A DNA stretch of 64,000 bases from positions 27,652,001 through 27,716,000 of the forward strand of contig CATNEN010000038.1 in assembly GCA_950097015.1 (NCBI GenBank). Reading direction: 5' to 3'. This DNA comes from Macrostomum hystrix. Its lineage: Eukaryota > Animalia > Platyhelminthes. The translations under genes and the position numbers were made by a program. The notes under the pieces are model-generated. The model was not told the origin of the DNA. It saw only the letters and a list, made by a program, of their open reading frames with translations, and made no database searches. Of this stretch, positions 48,460 through 60,718 are shown one piece after another (position 1 is the first letter of the stretch; each line of letters opens with the position of its first letter).

Positions 48460-51400
48460 ATGAGAAAGGCATCAAGAAGTACAAGGCGGTAAGTCTTTTG
48501 TAAGATTCATGTGTTTGTTTCAGATGCATTTTTGTACAGTGCACTTGTATTACGCTTTTCTAGATATTTCTTGCAATTTAAAGTTATTGCAAATATCACT
48601 TATCAAGCTACAACTATTAATTAACTAAACTTGTTCTAAAACTAATAACTATCAAAACTAAAGCTGAACTTGTAAGGGCCCTCTGTCTGAGTAATATAAG
48701 TAATTATTTTTGGTAAGATCATAACTCAATGTGATTCATATTTTTAAACATTGTGTTGTAGGCCTAACTTCTTTGTAAACTCTTGATCCCAATGATGCTA
48801 CTAATGACAATGTTGATCTAGGGCTGTTCTAATAAATATGTTTTTGGAGACTTTTAATAAAAAATTGTATTATGGCCAACTCATGAGTATCTTTAGTTAT
48901 TTACTTTATGTAGGCCTAATTCTTATTTTAAATTCAGATTGGTTGCATTATGTATTTAACCCGAGTAACTTAAATTATATGACCAATATAGTCAATATTT
49001 ATCCTTTCTATTTACTTGCGCTTATAACTTTACTGTATTATTTCACTAAAAATTCCCACTCTACCTCATCTCGGCAACTTCCTTAAAGCTTTTAGTTTTA
49101 GTATAAATAAACAAATAGGTTCATTAAAACAATTTTTATGTGTAGTCAACCAAAAATATTTGAGTGAAATTGTTTCTAGGAAATGTTGAAACAGGGCCCC
49201 ATTTCCATTGAGTCTGGTAAATCCATTTAAAAGAAAAAATAAATAGCTGTGTTCATAACTTCCTATAGTCTGGATCATTCTGGCTGCATGCCAATTACAT
49301 AACCAGGATTTTTTGGGTGGTTGGGTTTAAATTTTTTTATTTTGTTTTAGCACTGCAGTTTACACTGCCATTAATTCACTTTTTAGGAAATTGAAAGTAA
49401 AAAATTATATATAGCCTAGGCCTACTGAAGGTGTTTCTCCCCTTTAATATATAAAATAACATTGTTGGATTACATAAAAAAGGAAATGCTAAAGTGTATG
49501 CAAAAATTTTGTGTCTAAAGTATGTGGAAGTCAAAGGAAGTTCAAGAAGCAAATAAATTGGCAGTGAAACTGTCTTTTTTCTCTTTTTAACAAAGTCTTT
49601 TAACTAGTTTTTTTATATGTGAAAATGCTCAATGTTTGTTTAAATAACTTCAAAAGAGTTAAAATATAATATTTTTTATTCTAGTCTTTTTTGTATTTTT
49701 GTAAAGATCAAGGTTACTAGGCTAGCTAATTTAAAGTCTTGAAAAATTCAATTTGACAATAGAAAATAGTAATAGGCCCTAGTATGAGGCTAGTGTTAAA
49801 TTCCAATTTAAAGGGTCAATAGCTTAATTTATCAGTTTTTTTGTCTTTTTTTTAACATTTAAATACATATGTGTCATGCCTAAGTTTAATTAATTCACAA
49901 GCAAAAAGATTCAAATTGAAATTCATTATTGATACATTTTAGCCAATATACCATCATAGTCATTGTGATATGTTTTATATGTAGAATTAGATTCTATAAT
50001 TTTTATATGCACAAAGTTGTATAAGTTACAATTATTTTTTAATTATTAACAAAGGTATAAGTAAGTTTAACAGATAAACCATATAAGTAACTTTTTATTT
50101 TAGTTGAAATTCCTAATCAGTTATTTAAATTAAATGATAGATCAAGCAAGTTTTTAGGTGAAATAAATAAAACAAGCAATATTTCTTTTTGCACTAGCTA
50201 GATATTTTCAGTGGCAAGGAAAAGTACTATGACATGATTGAGTTTAAATACTACTAAGCATAATTTGTACTCTAAAGTCTGTTCAGTATGAAAATGGCTT
50301 TAACCAATTTGCCAGAATTTATTCTTAAAGCTAGCATTGTTATGTTTTATGATTTAACAAGATAATTTTCAAAAGTAATAATTCTATTACATTCTTTCTG
50401 AAAAATTGACAAATGCAATGAAAAACAAATGAAGGAAAACAAATATTCTTTCTTTCTTAACTTGCATTTTTTCTAACCCTATCTCTGTACAATTATATGT
50501 CTAAACTTCTTAAGCAATAAATATTGTTGTTTATATCATGACATTTTTTTCTAAACAAAATAATCAAACTTTTATCAGACTGCCATCTTCATCTGGTAGC
50601 GCCAATGCCAAAGAAGCAAATATTGAAGCTGACACAGTCATTGATGCTGACAATGTGGAATCAGTTACACACAATGAGTCGGTTTCGGCTGAAAGTGGCA
50701 ATGCTGATGACAACACATTGTCGGCTGCAACTGGAACACCCGTGTTTCGATCAACTCGACTTCGAGCTGGGCACACTAGCAAGATTGACTACCTGAAGCT
50801 GCACAACACCACCAGCACTGATGGAGCCGCTTTTGTTCAACGCGGAGCTCAATTACCCGGCTCTGCTTCCGAGAGCAGAAAGCGTCAAGGATCTTTGGCC
50901 TCATCGACTACGCCATCTGGGTCAGATAAGCGTCCAAAATTGACTTCGGGACATTCGCCAACTGCACTGTCGTACTCTTGTCCATTGTGCGACCTGTATT
51001 TATCGTCGTTGCGTAATCTGGAGCAGCACATTGCCGCTAGTCACAAGCAAGCAAGCTCGCTGGGTGCTTTGGAATGCGTCTTCTGTGGCCTAGGATTGCG
51101 CACTGTAAAGGCTTTGCAAAATCACTATGTCAAGCAGCACAGGGTAAGAATCCAACGTCAGTGATTTTCCTGGGATTATGTTCTAGGGCTAACTTCTATA
51201 TGATAACTTTATGTCGCTAGTTGTTCATGTAGTGCTTAAATAATATGCCCGTTTCTATTCTTATCTTGGCGTTACGATTCGATCTTAGTTTTGCAGCTTT
51301 CACAGTCTTAGTAATATTCTAAGCTGTTTTAAAGTTCTCTGAATGTTTTAAGAAACTCTAAGTAACTCAGAATGAATGTATCAAATGTATTACTGAGCAC

Positions 51401-54400
51401 TAGTTTTTAGCCCTGTAACCTAATAAAAAATTTGCTGATAAATAGTAGTTTCGCTTGAAACGTTTATAACAAATATTAGCGTAGTAAAACTAACAATTTT
51501 TCTCAATTTTTTCTCAATAAAAAATTATTTTTAATCACAGATTTTATCAAACTGTTAACCCGTAAATTTTACTAGGTGCACGCGCCAATGCCAGATAGTT
51601 TAAATTTGCGCCTAACAAAGCAATGCCGCGCCTGCGGCCAGTCGTTTCGCACAGCCGAGCACCTGGCTAGGCACATGGACTGGGCTCATACAAGATGCAG
51701 TAGCATTGTGCTGATGGAGAAGCTGCCAGAGCAATGGCGTTGGCAGCGCGACAAGCGAACCATCATGGAATGCGCCGATGCTGTTGAAGAAGAATTCGAT
51801 TTGGCCTTTCCAGCTAGGCGCAGTTTTTATCGCGATCATCCGGACCTGCTAGAAGCCGACATGTCTATTCAACTGCAGCCGGCTTCAGCGGCTGGCGCCG
51901 AATTTAAAGCAGCCGCCTCGGCTGACGTGGATGTCTACGCCTTCGAGGTAGGACATAACTTTCGATACAGGTTTATTAGGACGCTTTGTTGTAGCTCAAG
52001 AAGGTCCAGGTTCGAATCTCAGCCTTAGCAAAGTACCTTTAATTCGCTAGTGCCTAAGGTAGGGTAGCTGTTAGGTGGGTCTAGTCCAAGACGTTTTTTA
52101 ATAATATATTTGTCGTTGGGTGATACTTTTGTCGTTATGTCCATTCCTTTATGGCAGTGTGGCATTACTTGACTACTATTGTATCTAGCCAGTGTAATAT
52201 TTCTGAAATCCCAATTATAGGACGAATCATCCAATGTTGACATGGACGCCAGTGTAATTGCTAAGCCACGCGCAGGAGCTAAACGCGGTCGTAAGCCGTT
52301 AAATCCGCAGCAGCATCAACAGCATCAGCATCATCGTCAACGGGCGCATTCGCAGAAGCGACGCGTCACAACTGAAATCGACTTTGATCAATTGTTGGCT
52401 CAACGAGACGAAGCTTTGGACAATGAGGTTAGTTCATGAGCCTGTCTGACTCGATCAAGGGGGTTGTGGCGGAAAAAGTACTTAAGTACAATGTGCAATT
52501 TATGGCCATGAGGCCCCCACTGAGCAAAGTATGGGCCAATCAACGGGCTTGGTGTATTGACCAATTCGCTAGCTTTATTTTTGACTAATCATTGGGCTTA
52601 ATGTATCCGCGAATCAGCGGGCTTTGTGCATCCACCAATCAGTGGGCTTTGTGTATCCGCCAATCAGCGGGCTTGATAAATCCGCCAATCAGCGACTTGA
52701 GTGTATTTGCCAGCTGTCAAGAAGTTCTGAAATATTAAAATATTTTTTTTAGATCGACGAGCCAATTGAGGGCCAATTGTCGCCAAAGCACAAACAGCAA
52801 CAGCGTCAGCCGCGTCGACCACGTCAGCAGCCGGAGCCGTTCGTTTCTGAAACTCCGCACTATGTCTCGTCGCGCGCCACAGTGTCATCCGTGCTGCAAT
52901 CGTTTCCCTGTCCAATCTGCATGCTGGACATGGCCACATTAAAGAGTCGCGACCGTCACTTAGTCCAACGCCACCCGGGTGTGCGCGCATTCGCCTGCCT
53001 AGAATGCGATCTAACATTTGAAACTTATATTAGCCTGAGGCGTCACGTCCGAGCCGAGCATCCGCTGGCCGAGAGTGGCGCCTACAAGCTGTTGATTGCG
53101 CCAGGATTGCGTAGGCGGGCCAGACAGCGCGTTGTTTCATCTTCGGCTACGTTAGCCGCTGCTGCAATTGCCGCTGCCGCTGGCAATAATGGCTCCGGCG
53201 ATAATTCGTTTATTCAACCGTTTCTATGCACTATCTGCGGCGCTTCGTTCAATAGGGTCAGCCAACTGTCCGCTCACTATGCCGCCGCTCACGAGGGTGT
53301 CAAACAGGATCGTCAGCGTTTTAGGCAGCAGTTGCGTGGCTCCGCTATTCAAGACTCGGCTGGCGGCGAATCACCGATCGAGGCCGACGACTTGGATGCT
53401 TCAGGCGGTTCGCTTGGAGGTATGGGCCAATCATCGAGGTTATTGTATTGGCCAATCAGCGTGCTTGGGTGAATTGACCAATCAGAAAACTTGGGTGCAT
53501 TGACCAATCAGCGGACTTGGTGTATTGACCGATCAGCAAACTTGGGTGTATTGACCAATCAGCGTGCTTGTATGTATTGACCAATCAGCGTGCTTGTATG
53601 TATTGACCAATCAGCGTGCTTGGGTGTATTGACCAATCAGCGGACTTGGGTGTATTGACCAATCAGCAAACTTGTGTGTATTGACCAATCAGCATGCTTG
53701 GGTGTATTGACCAATCAGCGTGCTTGGGTGTATTGACCATTCAGCGTGCTTGGGTTTATTGACCAATCAGCAAACCTGTGTGTATTGACCAATCAACAAA
53801 CTTGTGTGTATTGACCAATCAGCAAACTTGGGTGTTTTGATTAATCAGCAGACTTGGGTGTTTTGATTAATCAGCGAACTTGCGTGTTTAGGCTAATCAG
53901 CATGCTTAGTGTATTGACTAATCAGTGGGCTTTGCGTATTAACCAATCAATGGGCTTTAATGGGCCAACAGCTGTCTTGGTCGTGTGGGCCAATCAACGG
54001 GTTGATTACATTGACCAATTAGCTGGATTTATGTTTTAACGAGGCAGCGAGATTGTTGGGTAAATAGTTGGGTAAAAGTTCTTTAAATGGATAGGTCGAA
54101 TGTAAAGCTCGACCCTCTTTGTCGCCCTCTGTCCCAAATCCGTTATAATCATAATACTTAAATATTCAGTTTACTTTACTTCCATTACTTCTAACGAATG
54201 CCCTTAAAAACCTAGGAAATGCCACCCTAGACGAACTCAAACTAACCTGCGAGATGTGCAGCGCCCAATTCGAAAAGATCACCGCTCTGGAGCGTCACAT
54301 CGCTTTCGATCACGTCGACGAAACGCCATTCGAATGTCACCAGTGCCCGGCCTATTTTCCCACCTTGGGCCGATTGCGTCATCATCAGCGCACTGTGCAC

Positions 54401-57400
54401 AGATTCTTCATGCAGTGGAAGGAGCCGCCGCAGGCTGTTCTATCCAAGATGCAATCCCGCTCGCCGACTTCCGCTGCCGGCAATGGTGCCAGCACAGTGC
54501 TGAATCTGGCCGTGCCGCTGAGGCGTGTCGATATGGCCAAGGTTGCTTATCAGCAGCTGAGGTTCTTCGAGCCGCAGGTAAGCCTCTAATGTGCCTAATT
54601 TCTGGCAGATGCTTAACGCTGTTGAAGGATTGGATTGTAGCTTCAGGCTGCTGAACGGTTGGATTGTAGCTTCAGGTTGTTGAAGAATTCGATGTTAACT
54701 TCAGGCTGCTGAAGGATTCGATGTTAACTTCAGGCTGCTGAAGGATTCGATGTTAACTTCAGGTTGCTTAAAGGTTGGATAGTAGCTTCAGGCTGCAGAA
54801 GATTTTGACGGTAGCTTCAGGTTGCTGAAGGTTTGACGGTAGCTTCAGGTTGCTGAAGGTTTGACGGTAGCTTTAGGCTGCTGAAGATTTTGACGGTAGT
54901 TTCAGGTTGCTGAAGGTTTTGACGGTAGTTTCAGGCTGCTGAAGGTTTGGCGGTAGCCTCAGGCTGCTGAAGATTTTGATGGTAGCTTCAGGTTGCTGAA
55001 GGTTTGACGGTAGCTTCAGGTTGCTGAAGGTTTGACGGTAGCTTTAGGCTGCTGAAGATTTTGACGGTAGCTTCAGGTTGCTGAAGGTTTTGACGGTAGT
55101 TTCAGGCTGCTGAAGGTTTTGACGGTAGCTTCAGGTTGCTGAAGGTTTGGCGGTAGCCTCAGGCTGCTGAAGATTTTGATGGTAGCTTCAGGTTGCTGAA
55201 GGTTTGGCGGTAGCCTCAGGCTGCTGAAGATTTTGATGGTAGCTTCAGGTTGCTGAAGGTTTGGCGGTAGCCTCAGGCTGCTGAAGATTTTGATGGTAGC
55301 TTCAGGTTGCTGAAGGTTTGGCGGTAGCCTCAGGCTGCTGAAGATTTTGATGGTAGCTTCAGGTTGCTGAAGATTTTGACGGTAGCATCCAAGTTCCCGC
55401 CGTATTCCACACCCAGTCCGCGGCCAACATCAATCTGGATACGGTCCTGTCTGGCATCGCGCCCCTAGACACTGTCATCTTCTGCGCCTTCTGCGGCGAG
55501 GCCTGTCACAACAAGCTTGAGCTCGGCCGGCATCTGCAGTCTCACTCGGGCAAACGGCTGCGCTTCGGCTGCGCCAGATGCGGCCAGGTGTTCGAAGGCT
55601 GGAATGCCAAGATGGATCTGGTTGATCACATGAAGGTGGATCATCTTGGCAAGCCTAGGTGAGTTTTATTGATGCCTAAAATTGGAGTTGATGCCCAATG
55701 GCTACAGCCCCCAATGGCTACAGCCCCAAATGGCTACAGTCCCCAATGGCTACAGCCCCAAATGGCTACAGCCCCCAAAGGCTACAAGCCCGAAAGGCTG
55801 AAACCCCAAAGGCTACAACCCCCATGGGCTACGACCCCAAAAGCTACAACCCTAAAGGGCTACGACCCCCAAAAGCTACAACCCTAAAGGGCTACGACCC
55901 CCAAAAGCTACAACCCTAAAGGGCTACGACCCCCAAAAGCTACAACCCTAAAGGGCTACGACCCCCAAAAGCTACAACCCTAAAGAGCTACGACCCCCAA
56001 AAGCTACAACCCTAAAGGGCTACGACCCCCAAAAGCTACAACCCTAAAGGGCTACGACCCCCAAAAGCTACAACCCTAAAGGGCTACGACCCCCAAAAGC
56101 TACAACCCAAAAGGGCTACGACCCCCAAAAGCTACAACCCTAAAGGGCTACGACCCCCAAAAGCTACAACCCCCAAAAGGTACAACCCTAAAGGGCTACG
56201 ACCCCCAAAAGCTACAACCCTAGAGGGCTACGACCCCCAAAAGCTACAACCCCCAAAAGCTACAACCCTAAAGGGCTACGACCCCCAAAAGCTACAACCC
56301 TAAAGGGCTACGACCCCCAAAAGCTACAACCCTAAAGAGCTACGACCCCCAAAAGCTACAACCCTAAAGGGCTACGACCCCCAAAAGCTACAACCCTAAA
56401 GGGCTACGACCCCCAAAAGCTACAACCCTAAAGGGCTACGACCCCCAAAAGCTACAACCCAAAAGGGCTACGACCCCCAAAAGCTACAACCCTAAAGGGC
56501 TACGACCCCCAATGGCTACAGCCCCAAATGGCTACAGTCCCCAATGGCTACAGCCCCAAATGGCTACAGCCCCCAAAGGCTACAAGCCCGAAAGGCTGAA
56601 ACCCCAAAGGCTACAACCCCCATGGGCTACGACCCCAAAAGCTACAACCCTAAAGGGCTACGACCCCCAAAAGCTACAACCCTAAAGGGCTACGACCCCC
56701 AAAAGCTACAACCCTAAAGAGCTACGACCCCCAAAAGCTACAACCCTAAAGGGCTACGACCCCCAAAAGCTACAACCCTAAAGGGCTACGACCCCCAAAA
56801 GCTACAACCCAAAAGGGCTACGACCCCCAAAAGCTACAACCCTAAAGGGCTACGACCCCCAAAAGCTACAACCCCCAAAAGGTACAACCCTAAAGGGCTA
56901 CGACCCCCAAAAGCTACAACCCTAGAGGGCTACGACCCCCAAAAGCTACAACCCCCAAAAGCTACAACCCTAAAGGGCTACGACCCCCAAAAGCTACAAC
57001 CCTAAAGGGCTACGACCCCCAAAAGCTACAACCCTAAAGGGCTACGACCCCCAAAAGCTACAACCCCCAAAAGGTACAACCCTAAAGGGCTACGACCCCC
57101 AAAAGCTACAACCCCCAAAAGGTACAACCCTAAAGGGCTACGACCCCCAAAAGCTACAACCCTAAAGAGCTACGACCCCCAAAAGCTACAACCCTAAAGG
57201 GCTACGACCCCCAAAAGCTACAACCCTAAAGGGCTACGACCCCCAAAAGCTACAACCCTAAAGGGCTACGACCCCCAAAAGCTACAACCCCAAAGGGCTA
57301 CGACCCCGTTATTATATGCTGCGTAACCATAGTAGTGCTTAATGCTTAACTAGCCCTTCACAAAATTCTTTTAGATATCGTTGCAACCAGTGCGAGGCGC

Positions 57401-59067
57401 AGTTTAAATTTAGCAGCTTATTGAAGCAGCATCGCGAGCGCGGCTGCAACAGTACCAAACCGTTGGCTAGGCCCATTGTTTCCTATGGTTGCGCCACATG
57501 CGAAAGGATCATCTGCGGAGAGCAGAGCGCCGAGCGCTATCAGCAGCATGTTCAGGTTGGTCTCAATTGATTATCTCCCCTAATCAGGTACTCAAAGATG
57601 TCATAAAGCAGTACTTGACATTTTACTAAACCGTTGTTCCAGGTCTGCCGCGGTCCACTTCACCGCAATTTGCCATCATCGGCTGCCACTCAGCCTACGC
57701 CAACTGCCGTCATCAGCGGCCTAGACAGCGGCGCCGATTCCGCCGGCGGTGGCGTTGTTGGATCGTCGTCCATTCTGGACATGGAAGATGGCGCTGGCGA
57801 TGAATTGTCCGCTGCTAGCTCAATGGGCTCAAGGACTGTGCAGGTCAGATTTAGAAGTTATATCTTTAGATATTTCATTTATCCCATTCTCTTCTTATTC
57901 CCCGCATATTAGCTTTTCTCACTAATCTATAACTTAGTGAAATCTCTCCCATGACATAGATTCCTAAATTAAATTTTTCTCCGAGATCCTTGAGTTGATC
58001 CATTATTTTCTATATCCCTAAATTGGTCCCGTCTCTCCCTGATCCCTAAATTAGTCCTGTCTCTCCCTGATCCCTAAATTAGTCCTGTCTCTCCCTGATC
58101 CCTAAATTGGTCCCGTCTCTCCCTGATCCCTAAATTGGTCCCGTCTCTCCCTGATCCCTAAATTGGTCCCGTCTCTCCCTGATCCCTAAATTAGTCCTGT
58201 CTCTCCCTGATCCCTAAATTGGTCCCGTATCTCCCTGATCCCTAAATTAGTCCTGTCTCTCCCTGATCCCTAAATTGATCCCGTCTCTCCCTGTTCCCTA
58301 AATTGGTCCCGTATCTCCCTGATCCCTAAATTAATCCTGTCTCTCCCTGATCCCTAAATTGGTCCCGTCTCGCGCTGTTCCCTAAATTGGCCTTGTCTAT
58401 TCCAGATCCCAGAATTGATTATGTATCTCCTAGGTCCCTAAATTGGCCCTCTATCCAAGATCCCTATGTTAATCCTCTCTGCCCCAGATCCCTTCCAATG
58501 GCCCTGTCTCTCCCGTTTCTATTTTAGTCCTGTCTGTATCAGATACCTAAACTGTTATCTCCCTAATCCCTGAATTGGTTCTTTCATCTACTAAACCCCT
58601 AAATTGATCATGTCTCCAAGATCCCTAAATTAATGTGATGTCCCTTCTTGATCCCAAACTCCAGTATCTGACTTACCAAATCCTTAAATTAGTTTGACCG
58701 CTTGATTCTTCAATAATCTAATCGCCACAGCTGTAGAAAAACCAGCCTCCTATTATCTAAAACCAATCAGGTGACCCTACCCGGCTCCAAGGAACCGGTG
58801 AGTGTGCTCATTCACCTGGAAGGCCCAGTCAATCAGGAGACACTGAACCAGGCCTTCATTGTTCAATCGGCCTTGTCCATGGGTTCGACTGCTGCTGAAA
58901 CTGCTGACGCTGAAACAGGTGCAGATGCCCAGGCCCAGCAACAGCAGCAGCAGCATGATGTTGAGCCATTGCAATCATTGGCCCAGTTCGCTGCAGCGGC
59001 CGCTGATGCTGCCGATGCCGAAGCCGCGGCCAATTCTGCCGCCTCTGTCGATCTTGTCGGCATTTGA
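48460..59067 (+). CDS. Multi-zinc-finger protein (about 10 C2H2 plus 2 C2HC fingers, ~1040-1060 aa)
   Basis: Exons 48460-48488, 50579-51143, 51576-51947, 52221-52427, 52753-53419, 54216-54577, 55363 (or 55417)-55658, 57375-57555, 57643-57843, 58771-59067, all phase-consistent. CxxC...HxxxxH motifs (CPLC, CVFC, CRAC, CPIC, CLEC, CTIC, CEMC, CHQC, CAFC, CARC, CNQC, CATC). The first micro-exon is the least certain. Confidence 0.88.
52529..52710. repeat. Degenerate ~26-bp CCAAT-containing repeat, block 1
   Basis: ccaatcag units; same family as 53420-54020. Confidence 0.75.
53420..54020. repeat. 26-bp CCAAT-box minisatellite (ttgaccaatcagcgtgcttgggtgta)
   Basis: Visible in sequence; starts at the splice donor. 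Confidence 0.92.
54620..55386. repeat. 28/29-bp minisatellite (gtagcttcaggttgctgaaggtttgacg)
   Basis: Visible in sequence; the last units form a 57-bp dimer. Confidence 0.95.
55695..57308. repeat. 16/32-bp minisatellite (ctacaaccctaaagggctacgacccccaaaag) with a ~800-bp duplication
   Basis: Visible in sequence; the degenerate leader recurs at about 55713 and 56511. Confidence 0.96.
58010..58450. repeat. 28-bp minisatellite (tccctgatccctaaattggtcccgtctc)
   Basis: Visible in sequence; decaying flanks extend to about 58690. Confidence 0.92.
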
Positions 59068-59135
59068 TTGTCTTCTGAAACATTTCCCCTTTGTTATTAT
59101 TTAAAACGACTTGGTCTGACTTTGACAGACCACCA

Positions 59136-59149
59136 AATAAAGTAATAAA
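59136..59149 (+). terminator. Tandem AATAAA polyadenylation signals of the zinc-finger gene
   Basis: aataaagtaataaa about 70 nt after the stop codon, followed by GT-rich sequence. Confidence 0.55.
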
Positions 59150-59791
59150 TCAAATGTAAATTGTCTGTTGTGTTTAATGAACTAATTATTTTCTCAATAT
59201 TTATCATTTTATCTGATATACGAAACAAGCAACAGAAAACTTAAACTTCATGAACAAAGACAACTTTTTAAAAAGGAAAATCTAAGCTGGATGAGATGTA
59301 ATCTATAAATATTAGAACTAGGATTCGAACCTTTGACGTCTCGTATAAAATCGCAGTATAAGCCTAAATTAGCAACTATCATTCTATGTATTTTAATATC
59401 AAGCATGTCGCCAGCTTACCTACTCGTGTATACTCCCCATGCTATATTTACTAAAACTATTTGTAATATCGTGCAATGATAATTAAATTCATTGTAACCG
59501 TTGTAACTTTAATCTAAAAATTATTTATGCTTACATTATTTCACTCGCTTGCACTACATAACAAAAAATTTTTGTTGTTCTAACTTGTACTCACTTAGGT
59601 TAACTTATGCGCATTGCAATATCGTTTTTAATCGGCATTGTAAAAGGAAAACATGTGAAATAAACTTTGTGTAGTTTCGAGTCGACCAGCGGTTAATATC
59701 TGATTAAAAACATGCGTCTTTGTTGATGCTTTTTATTACAGTCACGTTTACAATAGTTAGTCATAAAATCCCAAGAACTACTTTTCTAAAT

Positions 59792-60478
59792 ATCCCAAAA
59801 CTGGGTCTTCTATTATCCCAATACTGGGTCTTCTATTATTCCAATACTGGGTCTTCTATTATCCCAATACTGGATCTTCTATTATCCCAATACTGGGTCT
59901 TCTATTGTCCCAATACTGGGTCTTCTATTATCCCAATACTGGGTCTTCTATTATCCCAATACTGGGTCTTCTATTATCCCAATACTGGGTCTTCTGTTAT
60001 CCCAATACTGGGTCTTCTATTATCCCAATACGGGTCTTCTATTATCCCAATACTGGGTCTTCTATTATCCCAATACTGGGTCTTCTATTATCCCAATACT
60101 GGGTCTTCTATTATCCCAATACTGGGTCTTCTATTATCCCAATACTGGGTCTTCTATTATCCCAATACTGGGTCTTCTATTATCCCAATACTGGGTCTTC
60201 TATTATCCCAATACTGGGTCTTCTATTATCCCAATACTGGGTCTTCTATTATCCCAATACGGGTCTTCTATTATCCCAATACGGGTCTTCTATTATCCCA
60301 ATACTTGGTCTTCTATTATCCCAATACTGGGTCTTCTATTATCCCAATACTGGGTCTTCTATTATCCCAATACTGGGTCTTCTATTATCCCAATACTGGG
60401 TCTTCTATTATCCCAATACTGGGTCTTCTATTATCCCAATACTGTGTCTTCTATTATCCCAATACGGGTCTTCTATTA
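59792..60478. repeat. 23-bp minisatellite (cccaatactgggtcttctattat)
   Basis: Visible in sequence; intergenic between the zinc-finger gene and haspin. Confidence 0.97.
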
Positions 60479-60718
60479 ACTTAATTATTGGTCTTTAAAT
60501 AAAACAGCGCCTGATTCTATAATCCTAACACCTAATTGTTGGTATTCAAAGACTTTTTCCTGTTCATACACCCTATTGCTATGTTGTTTTGATAGTCGAT
60601 TATATTCATAAATAGGAAACAAACTCTTCACCCGCAGCCATACTAAACAGCTTAGACTCTGCTTATCAGCTTTGTGGGGTCTTTAAAACTGTTCTTAATT
60701 AGAAAAACACGTTGAACA

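Noticed and set aside
55695-57308. Interstitial telomeric repeat
   Set aside because: CCCTAA occurs once per 32-bp unit and is not a tandem telomeric hexamer.
59720-60498. 254-aa and 197-aa ORFs upstream of haspin
   Set aside because: Translation of the 23-bp minisatellite.
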